Part shown: positions 12,148 to 25,030 of the stretch, piece by piece
Numbering within the stretch: the first letter of the stretch is position 1
Layout: each line of letters opens with the position of its first letter
Assembly: GCF_018977255.1 (NCBI RefSeq)
Contig: NW_024704743.1
Coordinates: 56,546,001-56,610,000, forward strand
Origin: Callorhinchus milii
Taxonomy: Eukaryota
DNA: 64,000 bases
Direction: 5' to 3'
Notes under the pieces: model-generated
The model's database searches: none
Told to the model about the DNA's origin: nothing
What the model saw: only the letters and a program-made list of their open reading frames with translations
Translations under genes and position numbers: made by a program

Positions 12148-12390
12148 CAACAACAGTAACTTGCATTTATATAGTGCCTTTGTGCGGGATAAGGCTCAGA
12201 GCACCTAATAGTGGTGGAGCTTAATGCTCAGCCGGGAGATGAGGGAGGTTGAGGAAAGTTTTAATGTGCGACCTGAAGGTTGGCAAGGAGGGGTCAATGC
12301 GGAAGCGATTGAGGCAGAGAGGTCAGATTCTCTGGGTGTGGCTGGAGGCACGGCTGCTGATGGTGGAGTGCAGGAAACGAGGATGTCTCA
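12148..12390 (-). mobile_element. L2 3' fragment
   Basis: caacaacagtaacttgcatttatatagtgcc reverse tail plus antisense body. Confidence 0.75.
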
Positions 12391-12819
12391 TCCCTAAAGA
12401 CAAATACAACATTGGAATGTCCAAGTAAATCTATGTGATACAAGTCCAAGAAATAAATAATGCAAGTCGACAAAGCATTATTAAAATCAGTAACATATTA
12501 TATTGCGCCATGTTTACTTACTGTACTTCTGAAAAGATATAGAGGCAATGGAAAACATTCAAAGAAGGGCAAAGAAGTGACATGAGGTTTCAGATCATTG
12601 AGCTATGACAAAAGTAATAACAATAATCCTTACATTTCATACAGCGCCTTTCACATGAGGAAGACATCTCAAAGCACTTCAGAGGATTTACTGTACATTG
12701 TAGTGACTGCATTTGTTCAGGTGAATGTGGCACCCAATTAGCACATAACAATGTTAACGTATAACCAATGTCATCTGGTGGGATTGTTGTATAGGACACC
12801 AAGTGAAACAACATTTAAG

Positions 12820-14520
12820 AAAGGTTTTGGAAACATTAAATTAATAATATTTGCGTTTGATAAAACACCTTATAATGTTGTCAAAATGTCTCCAAGTGTT
12901 TCATGGGATTTTGCTGTGAAGATTATAGGGGGATTTGGTCCAAGTTTTCATGGTAATGAATGAAAATTCTAATTTATTTACTACAAAACTACGTTAGAAG
13001 AAAATATATTGTTATAAAGTGAGGGAGCCAGATGTTGAATTTGGTTCAAGCAACAGCATTTTTGTATTTAAAATTCTTGGCTTTCACAACAGATTCTTAC
13101 CTTGTCCAGAAAATACTGACTCAACTGATTTAGTTGAACATGAATTGTTTTGATTCAGTATCAACCTGGGAGTGGATGGATGTGGGATTGTGGGTCTGCA
13201 TAAAAATGGAAAATAGATTCTGAATAGGACCTGGGACAGGGTGCTCTGGACTAGGCCTTGAACAAGACCTAGCCTAGGATCAATGTGTTGAAGTAAGCTC
13301 AGTCAACTCGGTCGCCTTTCCTTGTTTCTCCACACTCCACAGTTTTGATTCAGGCTGTGAGAGGAAAGTGGGAAAGGATGAATTGTGACAATTCTTACTG
13401 TTGCTCCTCAGTGTAGTGAAACCACTTCTATGAAGTGGAAAATAACCATTGCTGGAGTGTGAAGTTATGGCGTCCAAGTCATGTGCTTGACACCACAAGT
13501 GAAATATCATTTTTATTTTCACACTTTTAGTGCAAGTTGCCGGCGTGTTAAAATGAAACAACATTTGAGAACTGATGGTATAAGTCTCACTGAAGTCCAA
13601 ATACATGTAAATACACAACACATGTGCTGGATGGTGCAGTGTGTCGACCAACATTCTGTGCTCTGATGACTGTTGAAAGTCACACAAATGAAACAAACTC
13701 AATCTGTTCTCACTGGGCAAGAGTAACTGTGTGAAGGTGTCCTGAATGTGACATTCAGTTGGGCAGCCTCATCTCTTAGAGATCCAGGCTGGTTAGTATG
13801 GAAAGGAGAATAGAAACAGCAAACTGGTAGGAGAACTAAGCTCTACATCTTATATAATTCAATTGAAATGGGATCCTTAGTGTGATTTGGATAATTCTGA
13901 TTCAGGTGACCTCTCCTGCTAAGGGTACGTACAATGGCGCATATTGTTTATTTTTTCCATTCGGTGTGTGTGGGGTGAGTACGGTGTGTGAGAGAGATAT
14001 TGTTTATCTGCAGTAAACCACAGAGAGAGGTGGGTTCTGTGTGTGTGCGTGTGTGTCTCTCTCTCATTTTCTTCGGGAGATACTTGATAATAAATTATAT
14101 TACATTTTTTAAGAATTAATTAAAAACTCTGTGATGATAGATTTTCATGTATGGTGTATGTTTTCTGTACTCGTCATGGAGGGTTTTGTATCTGAAATAT
14201 GTTTCTATCAGTCGGGATGTGTAGGGATGTTATGCATCCAAATATCATTTGGTTAGTGGATTAAGAAGTGGGGACTGTATATTGCTGAAAGACATCCTAG
14301 TTGAATTACAATTCCCTTGTGTATGGTCAGTACTTTATAACAAGTGGTTCTGTTTTCTTGGTGTGCTTTGTATTCAGGGTCCAAACACTGTGCCATTTCA
14401 ATGTAAAACTGCTCCTTATTAACCTGGGCACTTGACTCCAACCAAAGATTGCTGTATTTTGAGTAGGATTGAGTTTCATTACCAGAGCAGAGTAGGGGCT
14501 TTGGCATGGTGCTTTGCTTA
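12820..14520 (+). mobile_element. Ancient L1-clade ORF2 relic (RT to C-terminus)
   Basis: VSWDFAVKIIGGFGPSF (cf. V.WDFL..VL..FGFGPSF), EGAR (cf. RG.RQ), KWKITIAG, RRVKMKQHLRTDGISL (cf. PR....L...GGL.LP) and LYNKWF, in correct order. Confidence 0.6.
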
Positions 14521-14535
14521 GTACTGACCTTAAAC

Positions 14536-14785
14536 TAGGGTGACCATATGTTTGTAAACCAAATCCGAAGACAAATATTAAAAAAAAGATTAACTCATCA
14601 GAATTCCTGATGCTAGCAGTATTGGAGAAGCTTTGTTGAATTAATGGCTGTATTTCTCTGATCTGTTTTAGAACGTTTTTGTTCTGGTTCAGTTTGTTGC
14701 TGAACTCAAGACAGGGTACATTTGGCCAGGGACAAAACCTCATCTGGGGACTGTCACCGGAAATCGGGGATGTATGGTCACCCTA
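14536..14785. mobile_element. hAT (Tip100-like) MITE, 250 bp
   Basis: Terminal inverted repeats TAGGGTGACCATA / TATGGTCACCCTA; flanking 8-mers ccttaaac / gcttgaac match at 6 of 8 positions (decayed 8-bp TSD). Confidence 0.85.
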
Positions 14786-15189
14786 GCTTGAACTGATTAG
14801 TGGACAAGCTGGATAATTTTTACTATGGAAATGTAGAGAGGACAAAAAAATGTGGGGTTTGATTTGATATGTATCATAGGACAGGAAACATGGTTGTTTT
14901 ATGTCTTACGCTTAATGACAGATTTGGGACTGCACAATCTGCCTCACTCTGCCCCCCAGATTCTAGAGAATGGGTTCTCCCTCTAGCAATGTATTTCCAC
15001 CATATTTGTTTGTAACCTAGAGAGCTTCCCCCCACCTGCTGATTCTAAGCTGCAACAATTGATTTTTAACTTGAATTTTTCAAGTTTTTTAATTTTTAAA
15101 TCGTCTTTTAGGTCCACTGACAGATGCAAAGATATTCTGTGTGGGTTTGGAAGCTATTGACTACTGTGATAATTATATAATTTGATAAT

Positions 15190-15770
15190 GACCTTCCATT
15201 TGATATAGCACCTTTCATGTCGGAAAGATGTTCCAAAGCACTTCATAGGATATTCTGTGAAATGTAGTGACTGTGTTCTGTGGACAAATGCAAAAACAAC
15301 AGAACTTGCATTTATATAGCGCCCTTCTTGTCGGAAGGTGTCTCGGAGCACTTAATGCAACAACAACAGCAACAACAAAATTACATTTATAGAGCTCCTT
15401 TCACGTCGGGAGGACATCCCAAAGCGCTGAACATTCAGGTATCGGGGCAGCAGCAAAGCTGCACACAGCATTTTCTCATAAGCAGCCAACTGGCCAATTT
15501 TATTTGGGGGCTTGTTGGCCAGGATACCGGGAGAAACTCGCTTCTCTTTTTGAATAGTGCCAGGGGATCTTTAATGTCCACCTGAACAAGCAGACTGGGC
15601 CTTGATTTAAATGTCTCCTGTTAAATGTCTCCAACAATGAAGCACAGTCCCTCACTGCACTGGAGTGTCATCTTAGATTATCTGAGATCCAGGTCTCAGC
15701 AAAGGGCTTGAACTACATACATCCTCTGACTTGGAGGCAAGAGTGCTACCAACTGAGCTAAGCTGACACA
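15190..15770 (-). mobile_element. Deu-domain SINE with two nested L2 tails (~15293-15447)
   Basis: Tail at ~15190 and head (taccaactgagctaagctgacac) at ~15770; the core is split by two short L2 3' ends. Confidence 0.85.
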
Positions 15771-15911
15771 TTATTTATCACTTCAAATGCCACATACCCC
15801 CACCCGCCATTTTTCATCTATTTTAAGGAGTCTGGATTATTTTTTACAAGTATATATTTTAGTAATAATTCTCTGACAAGTTTCAAAAGCTAATTCCTAT
15901 TAGTCCTATTG

Positions 15912-16642
15912 TGGAGTCCTGTAGCTCAGTGGTTAGAGTGCTCGCCTCGCTAGCAAGAGACCTGGGTTTGATTCCCGGCAGGGCGAAACCTTAGGCAAGT
16001 TTCCTTACTGCACATGCCTGATAATAATCCCTCAAGAAAAAAATAAGAATAAATTGGTCACTTCAATCCATGATGGTTTGTGGGACACTGCTGTGCGCAT
16101 TTGGCTGCTGTGTTTCATCTACAAAGCCCTCCATGGCATCGCCCCTCACCTACAAAGCCCTCCAGGCCTCGCCCCACCCCACCTCTGCGACCTCCTAACC
16201 CCCTACCAACCCGCCTGCTTTTTCTACTCAGCCGGCTCTGCCCTGCTCCACGTCCCCGATCCACCCACCCCACCATTGGCGGGAGAGCCTTCAGCCACTT
16301 TGCCCCCAACCTCTGGAATTCCATCCCCAGTCACTCCACCTCACCCCCTCCTTAGCCTCCTTCAAGTTCCGCTTCAAAACCTTCCTCTTCGACCATGCCA
16401 TTGGTCACCCCCCTTCCCCTCTCCTCCCTTACCCCCTCCAACCCCAGCTCGGGTCTGAAATGCTGTACTCTGTCCAGCGCCTTGGGACGTCCCCCCGACG
16501 TGAAAGGAGCTATACAAGTGTAATGTTGTTGTTGTTTCGCCCACAAATATACAGTTGATTCATTTTACAGTATATTCTGTGAAGCGTTTTCAGATGTCTA
16601 GAAAATGTGAAAAGTGTTATATCAAATGCAAGGATTATTATT
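15912..16642 (+). mobile_element. tRNA-Ala-derived SINE interrupted by an L2 insertion
   Basis: Head ggagtcctgtagctcagtggttagag with A/B boxes; the SINE resumes at ~16536 (ttcgcccacaaatatacag) and ends in ggattattatt. Confidence 0.9.
16117..16532 (+). mobile_element. Young L2 3' fragment nested in a SINE
   Basis: IGGRAFSHFAPNLWNSIP peptide, L2 tail with (GTT)n, and 6-bp direct repeat tgtttc at 16111-16116 and 16533-16538. Confidence 0.92.
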
Positions 16643-16654
16643 GATTCATATATA

Positions 16655-17022
16655 GTGCCAGCCTGGCTCAATTTACCCCTCAATGACAACCCTCTGAGTC
16701 AGAAGATAGTGGGTTCAAGCCCCACGGGGACTTTTAACCATATAATCTAAACTGACACTCCAATACATTGCCTGATCTGGCAGTGGTTCTTACTTTTGGA
16801 TGAGATAAGTTTCTTTCGGTGTCCTGGCCAACAGTCCCCAAATAAAATTGACTCATTCACTCTGGTTGTTTGTGGGAAGTTGTCGTGCACAATTTGGCTG
16901 CTGCGTTTGTCCACAAAATACACACATGCACACCACTTTACAATATATCTATGAAGCTCTTTGAGACGTCTCAATGACGTGATAAGGCGCTATATTGAAT
17001 GCAAAGATTTTTATGATTATTG
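16655..17022 (+). mobile_element. Deu-domain SINE (SacSINE1-like)
   Basis: gtgccagcctggctca head, ggttcaagcccc B box, Deu core and tail. Confidence 0.85.
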
Positions 17023-19244
17023 TTATCAGAGTTACACTACAGGTTTTACAGCTCATTACATATTAATACCAGCTGAAATATTTTCTGAGTCATCTGGATG
17101 TTGATGAGTGCAGAAGGCTATCACCATGCTTAGGAGAATCCATAGCAGACTGAGAATTCCACAAATGTATCCACCTATGCCTGGAAATTTAATAATAGCA
17201 GACATCCTTCCATTTAATATAGCACCTTATCATATCGTTGAGACGTCTCAAAGCGCGTCACAGGATATACTGTAAAGTGAATTGACTGTACTTTGTATGC
17301 AAAATGCGGCAGCCAATTGCGCACAGCATCCCTGCATCTGAAATGGAAAGCACACTCTCTCCCTGGAGGGATTCACTCATTTTACCTCATTCCAGAATGA
17401 TTTAATCGCTGTTTGGTGAGAGCCAAAGCTTGGGGACCGAAGAGTATGACTTGCGAAATTTCTGGATTTTAACCAACAAAACCTTGCAGCTTATCACGAA
17501 GAGCACAGTACTGATATGTTCATGACACACAATTATCTTTTACCCTTATGGATACTGCAAAGGGCACACAATTGCCAAATTGGTTCAACCATTGTACAGT
17601 TACATTAACAATTTACATTTATATGGCGCCCTTCATACAAGGTAGCGTCCCGGAGCTCTGCACAGTGGTAGGGGTTTGGACGCCGAATAAGGGCGAAGGG
17701 AAATTGCTACATTGCAGTGTAGCAATCATGATTCACAGATTTAAAATGCTTTGCTTCAATTAAATAAAGTATTAACTAAGGGAATTAAATACAATTGTGG
17801 TCACGTTATTTGAATAACTTTACAAGCATCATTGTCATTCTATATTATGCTTTAAGGCAAAGTGCAATGCTATCACCCGGCACTCGTCCATATGGGATGA
17901 TCACTGACACTGAAACACGTCACCTTTTTCTTCCTATTTCCACATCACTCGACTATCATCTTGTTACCAGAAAACACAACAAGTATGAAATCCTTTGCAA
18001 AACCTCGCATGAAAGCAGAGCCAAAAAACTAGGAGAAATCCTGTTCATCCATATGGTTTTATTTGTGTTCATCTGGCACAGTTAGAATCATACAGTAACC
18101 AACATAAATTTCCAGTTTTATTATCACCTTTAAAAAGAGACAGAAAAGTGAAAATTGAAGCCAGAAGGTTTGTATCACAGGATTAATTAGGCAGGGCCAA
18201 GTGGAGTCACACTCCTCCTGGCTGTGCATGTTTCGTGAAGCAGTCTGTCTGCAATTAGGCTGCACACGAAGCAATTAAAGCCCCATCTCTTTTTCTCTGG
18301 TGCTACTTGTTATTAAGTAAAACTTAACATTGAACACACACTAACAGCCTGAATTGGTTTGAGGGTGCACCCCTAGAATGCATGTTAATTTGTTTGTAAT
18401 CGAGTCTTGTGGCAGTTACAGGGTGGACCTTTCCTAAAACCTTTCTCCTTCTATTCATCCCTCAGGCATAATCTGAATCAAACTAGGCCTTGATTCATCT
18501 TCTTCTTGGGAAGATTAAACAATCAGAAGAAATTTAGTGTGGAGTGTAAAGATGTTGACAACATTATGTGTGTGTGTTTATGTAGGTGATATGATGAGTT
18601 ATTTATAGATTTATGTACAAAGCTTGTTCAGTGACCTATGAAAATGCTGTCCGATTAGAGGATAATAATAATAAATAATAATCCTTGCATTTGATATAGC
18701 GCCTTATGATGTCTTCGAGACATCTCGAAGCGATTCAAGGAATATACTGTAAAGTCAATTGATTGTATATTTTGTGGGCAAAATATATGACAGAAAACCC
18801 CATATTGTGGCATATAGAATATAGTTTGTACTTGAGCTCAAACCTGTAACCTGACCCAATTGACTGCGATAGATGCCTTCTGCAGAGCATTTCTTATTTG
18901 CTAGAGAAAATAAATGAGTTGATTTAAAGAGCAATTCCTAAGGTAGAAATGTCTCTCTTTCACTTGTAATGTACAATATTATTATTTTCAAAATATATGT
19001 TACAAATATTTTCAGGTAAGATATTTTCTGGTAGGATTTAGTTTGTAAAAGTCAAATGTGTGAATATGGTATTGTTAGTTAAGTATATTCTCAGTTATTC
19101 TGCACCAATGTAAATGTTGATGTGACAGCAACACAAAAGACTAGCCTTGTTGAAGACATTGTAACTGAACCTGTTTTGCCTTAAGCTACCTTCTCTGTTT
19201 GTCCTGGCTGCTGTCTCTTCTGGTTGCTAACAAGTAAGTGTCAT

Positions 19245-19860
19245 TGAATCATAGAAATTGCAGCATAGATTAAGATCATTCAGCTCATTGTGCCCAAGAT
19301 GGTGCTAAATCATCCACTGGAGTTAACTACTCTGATCTCTCGTTCGAAGATATGATAAGGCACTATATCAAATGTAAGGATTATTATTACCTCAATTCCT
19401 TTTTCTTCTCCATATTCTTATGTTCTTTCTCTAATGTTTATCTGATTTCCTTTTAAATATAGATATGATCTCAGTCTCTAAAGCTACTTGTGGAAAATCA
19501 TTCCATGTTTTAAAACGAATATTTAGTTGTTCTTAAATTTTGTTTTAACATCCCCCTTAACTCTTTCAGTAAACATTTGAAACTTATGCTTCTTATTATT
19601 GATTGAAACAGCAGCAGAAATAATCTTTCCTCTATTATCTATTCTCTCAAAGTCCTTCAGATTTTCAGGGAGTTTTATTAGCCCTTCTCTTAACGTTACA
19701 TGTTCCAATGGTCCAACAGATCCAAGTTTATCATCATAATTGTAATCTCCTGCCTCCAATCCCTCGTATTATTTGTGTGAATCTACTCTTTCCCCTCTCA
19801 AAAGCTCCATTGTCTTTTCTGCAAGGGGGCCACCCAAAACTGTACATAGGTTTCCATGGA
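19245..19860 (-). mobile_element. CR1 3' fragment (with nested SINE tail ~19345-19390)
   Basis: Reverse CR1 terminus (gaatcatagaa...) and the ORF 19523..19759 peptide resembling the CR1 ORF2 C-terminus. Confidence 0.7.
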
Positions 19861-20089
19861 TTCTATACGTTCAACCTAATTGAGATCTATGCTGAGCAGA
19901 TCATATATGTTCATTCCTGAACTATTTAGAGTTTTCCATAATATCTGTTACTGTGATGTTGTAATGTCAACCAGGCTGGGAATGTACAGAAACGTGATGA
20001 AATATTTATCTAGCATTTCCTCTCCTTAAACAGCTACGCTAGAAGCAGGAAAAGGAAGAACATGAAGTCTTCTGACATTTAGATGCAAC

Positions 20090-20570
20090 TAATAAGATCA
20101 TGAGAGATTCAGGTGAAGAAGGTCCTCTGGCCCTTTTGATTTCATCCTTCCAGAAAACGCCCTAGCGCCTCCCATCATCATGTTGAACTGCTTTTTAACA
20201 AGTCCAGGTCCTAGCTTTAACAATTCTTGGTGAAACCTGTTCCATTTGTTAATTACCCCTTGGGTAAAGAAATATTTCCTAGTGGCTGACCTGAAATTAC
20301 CCTTTGCATGTGTTCTCTTGTTCTGTTCTCGTGATCTTGACTGTCAAGGTTTAGGCTGAGAGGAGATCCTCTGAAGACTGGCTCTAGCTGTTTCCATCAA
20401 TAATAATAATCCTGGCATTTGATATAGCATCTTATCGCATCTTCGAGATGTCTCAAAGTGCTTCACTGTAAAGTGAATGGACTGCATATTTTGTGGGCAA
20501 AACGTGGCAGCCAATTGCGCACAGCTGTGTCCCACAAACAGTCGTGAATTGACTGACAAAATTATCATTT
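20090..20570 (-). mobile_element. CR1 3' fragment (20090-20345) plus SINE 3' half (20398-20570)
   Basis: Reverse CR1 end followed by the reverse SINE tail and Deu core. Confidence 0.7.
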
Positions 20571-20911
20571 TTTCATTTGTTATTCATGTTAGGATTTACA
20601 TGTAGAATAATGCACACCTAGAGTGAGTTACAGGCGGTAATCTTATCCAGAGGGTTTGGGGATTATATATAGAGTAACGTAATACATGTATACGTATAAT
20701 TAATATATAGAGTAATTAATGTGATGCTTTTGCACGTACAATGCAATGACATTGTGTAGAACTAAATCCATAAGAAATAGAACATTAAAAACAAGTGCTG
20801 AATGAAGAGTGACACAAATCTCTCAGCACCTCCACAGGAGGCGTTGGTTACACCTGGTAATACTTGAACAGAATGCATTTCTTTGCTTTTTTAATTTCAC
20901 CAACATATTGT

Positions 20912-21242
20912 GGAGTCCTAAAGCTCAGTGGTTAGAGCGCTCGCCTTGCAAGAGAGAGACCTGGGTTTGATTCCCAGCAGGGCAAAATCTTGAGCAAGTT
21001 TTCTTACTCCATATGTGTGATGATAATCCCTCAAGACAAAAACCCAATAATAAATTGGTCATTTCAATCCACGACTGTTTGTGGGACACTGCAGTACGCA
21101 ATTGGCTGCTGCATTTCGCCCACAAATAAACAAATAATTCACTTTACAGTATATTCTGTGAAACACTTTGAGACGTCTAGAAGATGTGAAAAGTGTTATA
21201 TCAGATGCAAGGATTATTATTATAATAATAATAATTATTATT
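20912..21242 (+). mobile_element. tRNA-Ala-derived SINE, short subfamily, full length
   Basis: Complete head, Deu core, gagacgtctagaagatgtg tail stem and (TTA/TAA)n end. Confidence 0.92.
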
Positions 21243-23027
21243 GTGAACACACGTTACGAGGCCAACATTTCCATAGTTTGTGTTTTCAAATGAGTAAATA
21301 AATGGAAGCATTCATGGTCAAACACTCTTCAGAGCTGTTGGCTTTGTTTTGCCTCTCGTAAACCAAATGAAAACAACATCAAACAATGTACATTTTAATG
21401 TTAAAGGTGATTTAGCGACACATCATATTGTAATACATTTTGCACACAAAACACAGTTACTCCACTTTACAATATATCATGTGTACACTTCTGAGACCTC
21501 CTCCCGATGTGAAAGGCACGATACCAGATGTAAAGATTGTTATTATTATTGCTAACTTGCTGAGCCATTGAGTGAGAAGATGTCATTGCTACCTGCAGCA
21601 CTTGCTGTGCTGTTGCCAATCTCAGGCAGCCCACTACAGCCAAAACAATAACTAGCATGTTTTTCATTCCCCTCTCATTGATGGATCAGGAGAATGATCA
21701 GAAATTTTACCAATCCCACTTAAAGCCACAAAGATCTTTTAATCATAATAATTTCATTGAAAATCTATTGTATAATTCAAAGGAGAGAGAGCAGGGACTT
21801 TGAGTTGAAACCATTGTGGAATTAAATTATGGTTAAAATGTTAATCTTCTCTTGGATTGAAGTTTTATTTGGAATTGTAATTAATTAAGATCTTTTACAT
21901 TTTTGTGAATGAAATAGGCTTTGTGCATGGAAACTGTTTTATTCTAAACAGGATTTATCCTCTCAACAATAAGGATCTTGAATGGGTTACATTGTACAGA
22001 ATTCAGGGATCATTGTCATTTGCAGTATTATGATTGTTAAAACACATGGTGACGTATTTGGAAGTTGATTCCTGTGTCATTTTCTTTTTTTTCTGGTCAG
22101 CCGGGTGTCTTACACATGCGGAAACCCATCGTCATGTTTAAGAATGTCCAAGCCGGACTGAAAGTCATCCACACCGCCAAGACCGCCAAGTAGGATTGAT
22201 TTGATTTCGACATTCCAAGGCCAACCATGTCACCTTGGAACCAGTTCAGCTCCAAGGAGACCCCAGGGAGGATAGCCATCAGTTGGCCAGTTGACCTCTG
22301 ACTTTCTCTTTCATTCACAAGCATGGATAATATTTCAAGCATTAATAATAATTAACTGTAATAGCTAGTAAAACATTGCCCAATTGACCACTTTATCCCA
22401 AAATAAACCACTTTTCTTGGAATAGTGATAGCAACATACTGAACATTCTTCACAAAATAGAATCACAATGACTAAATCGTCTAGGATTGACTGAGAAGTG
22501 ATTTTACAGGATAATAGATGATGGTAAGGTACAAGTTATCACTGACTGAATTCAATCTTCAAGCGTGTCATTCCATAATAGCTTATAAAAGGGACTTGAA
22601 TAAGTATTTGTAAGTATAAGTATTTGTAATTGAAAAAATAAATAGAAGTGTTCTGGGAAAGAGCAGGAGTGTAACTGAATGGAATGCTTTCAAAGAGCAC
22701 GATAAATAATAATAGTAAAAATAATAATCCTTGCATTTGATATAGAGCCTTATCACATCTTCGAGACGTCGCAAAGCGTTTCACAGAATATATTGTAAAG
22801 TGAATTAACTGTATGTTTTGTGGGTGAAATAGGCTGATGGCCTTCCTCTTAACTGTAATATTCTATGGTTCTAATCTCTGCTGAATGTGCTTTGGTAGCT
22901 TTGTATTCTGAGACCTAACTGGGACGAGAAAAGGTCTCGAGAACAAATTTCATATGAGTACTGTAACTGTTAAAAAGCAATCTCTTTGACCCTGTCTGAT
23001 GAGGATGTAATAATAGCAATCCTTTCA

Positions 23028-23460
23028 ACAACAACAACTAGTATTTACATAGCACGCTTCATGTGGGGCAGTGTCTCAGAGCACTTGAAAATGGTGGAGC
23101 CTGATGCCGTCAGGCAGAGAGGGAAGGTGACTGTATGCACAGTCAAAGAGGGGATTCTTAAGGTGTAATCTGAAGACTGACAAAGACAGGGCAAGGTGGA
23201 ACGATTCAGGCATAGCGATCCAGAATCTGAGGCATAGTAGCTAAAAGCATGACTGCTGATGGTGAAGCAGAAGGGACTAGGGACATGCAGGAGGCCAGAG
23301 CCAGCTGAGCGAAGGGCGTGGGTATTGGAGTGGGTCAGAGAAATGGGGAGTAGCCAGAACATTTGTATATGAGTATGGAGATATTGAAATCTATCTATTC
23401 TGCAATAGGGAGCCAGGTGAGTACTGGGGTGATGGGGGTATGGAGTTTAGTATGGGTAGC
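23028..23460 (-). mobile_element. L2 3' fragment
   Basis: HALRSAGSGLLHVP peptide (ORF 23045..23362) and reverse tail. Confidence 0.8.
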
Positions 23461-23999
23461 AGATTTTTTAATTAATTGGATTTTATGAATAGAGGAGCTG
23501 GGGAGACCATCGAGGACAGCACTGGAATCCTTACATTTCATATAGCACTTTTCACATGGGGGCAGAGTGGGTCGGGGGAATGCCTTGGAATTCTTTGTAG
23601 GATTCATTTAAGATGTAGTGAATGTATATTTTTTGTAGGTGAAAATAGCAGCCAATTTTTGTAGGTGAACATTGCACAGAGGAATGTTCCACAAATAGCC
23701 ATGAAGTGAGTGACCAATTTTTTTCTCTCTGTTGTATAGGTGTGAGTCTTGGCTGCAGAAATAAGGGGCGTGAAGTAATGACAGCTTCTGGAGTCACTGA
23801 GACCGGTTCTTGGAATTGCAAATAGATAAGAACGAGGATATTGGAATACATTGCAACAGTTACTTCAACAATGCCTTACATGGTGGAAATCTGCCTGAAG
23901 AACAAATCTAACTGAGCTACATAAAGGTGGTTGATAAGAACCTCATCTATTGTCAGAGCTCCATTGCAGTTAAGGGAAATTCTGCTGAGGATCATAAAT

Positions 24000-25030
24000 C
24001 TGGCTGATTTTGTTCGTGGGCAGGTTTAAATGAATGTGGAAATTGATAATCTCAACTGGACTTATCCAGATGACTTGTCCACTTGACCTGATGGCTGAGA
24101 ATGAGCCAAATTAAATCACAACATTAAAAAAAACTTCACAGTGAGTGCAAAAGATACAAGTGCCAAACCCTGGTTTGTTTCACCTATACAATCATTGTTT
24201 TACTCTAGGATTTCAGAGATTATTCCACAGCAATGGTGGGTGGGAAGAAATGTATAAGCAACATTGCCAAAACCTGCTGGTTCATAGTTTGGGAATTATT
24301 TTTCAAACCTGGTTCCTGATGAGTATCAGATCATAAAAATGTGACAAAGCCAAACTGACACAAGACATGGAAAGGTTCTAAAAATAGAAATATATATGAC
24401 TAGAAAACAAGGTAATCTCCCCCTAAATGCACATCATTGTAAGCTTGACTGAAATATTGTCATTTTATGTTCTGGTGATTGTCTCTGTTTACTGAAATCA
24501 TTATTGTAATTTTTCAAAATGAACAGCAGGCAAGGATGCGCATTAAGCCACAGGCTAATGTTCAATTAACCAATATCCCATTTATCAGCGTTAATACTTT
24601 GCTTATACAGAGCCTCTTTTGCTGTGTTTTCTTCCCTCTACGATTTAGTTTGCCAACACTTAGCAACCAAATGACAAATGGAAGCCCTGGTTTCCCTTTT
24701 CCAGTATCAATTTTGTTGATTTCAAGCACATTTTATTAATTCAAAATCAACCAACCAGATCACTCAGAAGCAGGACCAGAAGTTTAAAGCATACAACGAT
24801 GAAATGTGCATAACTTGTAGTAGAGAAAATAAAATAAATTGCAGCCAAATTGCTTTGCATCACATATGTTTTAAAGTGCAGTTTTACCCCTTCCCCCCAA
24901 TCCACTATGAATATAATGAGAGGTGCAAAACTAACCAGCCACTATGTGGCATTTTATTAGAATGTCATTCTGTACTGAGGAAGTGAGGATATCAATGTAG
25001 TTTTACAAAAAAAAGAAAATTGACATTAAT
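24000..25030 (+). mobile_element. Ancient L1-clade post-RT fragment
   Basis: LFHSNGGWEE...IIFQTW in ORF 24145..24336 (cf. L...GG..LP......W). Weak match. Confidence 0.35.

Larger units (their letters stand above)
17335..23950 (+). mobile_element. Near full-length ancient L1-clade relic (ORF1, EN, RT, C-terminus), fragmented by younger insertions
   Basis: Colinear motifs: ORF1 LVRAKAWGPK (17413-17442); EN TKGIK, VTNIN, CITG, LRVHP, YRVD, GRLNNQ (17780-18525); RT SYRR (~20625), AVGF...NVKGDL (~21335-21420), AEPLSEK (~21560); DLEWVTL...QG (~21975); IPV...RKP...AGLK (~22070-22165); CLTWWKS (~23872). Confidence 0.65.

Noticed and set aside
13101..13195. Candidate 95-nt exon on the - strand with one open frame (PTIPHPSTPRLIL...)
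   Set aside because: No recognisable homology, and it falls inside the + strand L1 RT relic. Such pseudo-exons are expected on the T-rich antisense strand of L1.
17390..17470. Structured ncRNA family (three-way junctions at 17.4k, 39.5k, 42.4k) or repeated 20-nt microexons
   Set aside because: The differences between copies are at silent third-codon positions of an ORF1-like frame, which explains the similarity better than RNA covariation. No known RNA boxes are shared.
17760..18540. Conserved non-coding enhancer-like islands (also 43900-44250 and 48000-49600)
   Set aside because: These SINE-free stretches translate into L1 EN/RT motifs in order, so they are better explained as old L1.
22101..22193. 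Candidate + strand terminal exon (PGVLHMRKPIVMFKNVQAGLKV...)
   Set aside because: It matches the L1 post-RT KKPR...GGL segment in the 17.3-24 kb relic.
24137..24164. V(D)J RSS-like CACAGTG-12-ACAAGTGCC
   Set aside because: The nonamer is poor (lacks the A-tract) and there is no adjacent V, D or J segment.
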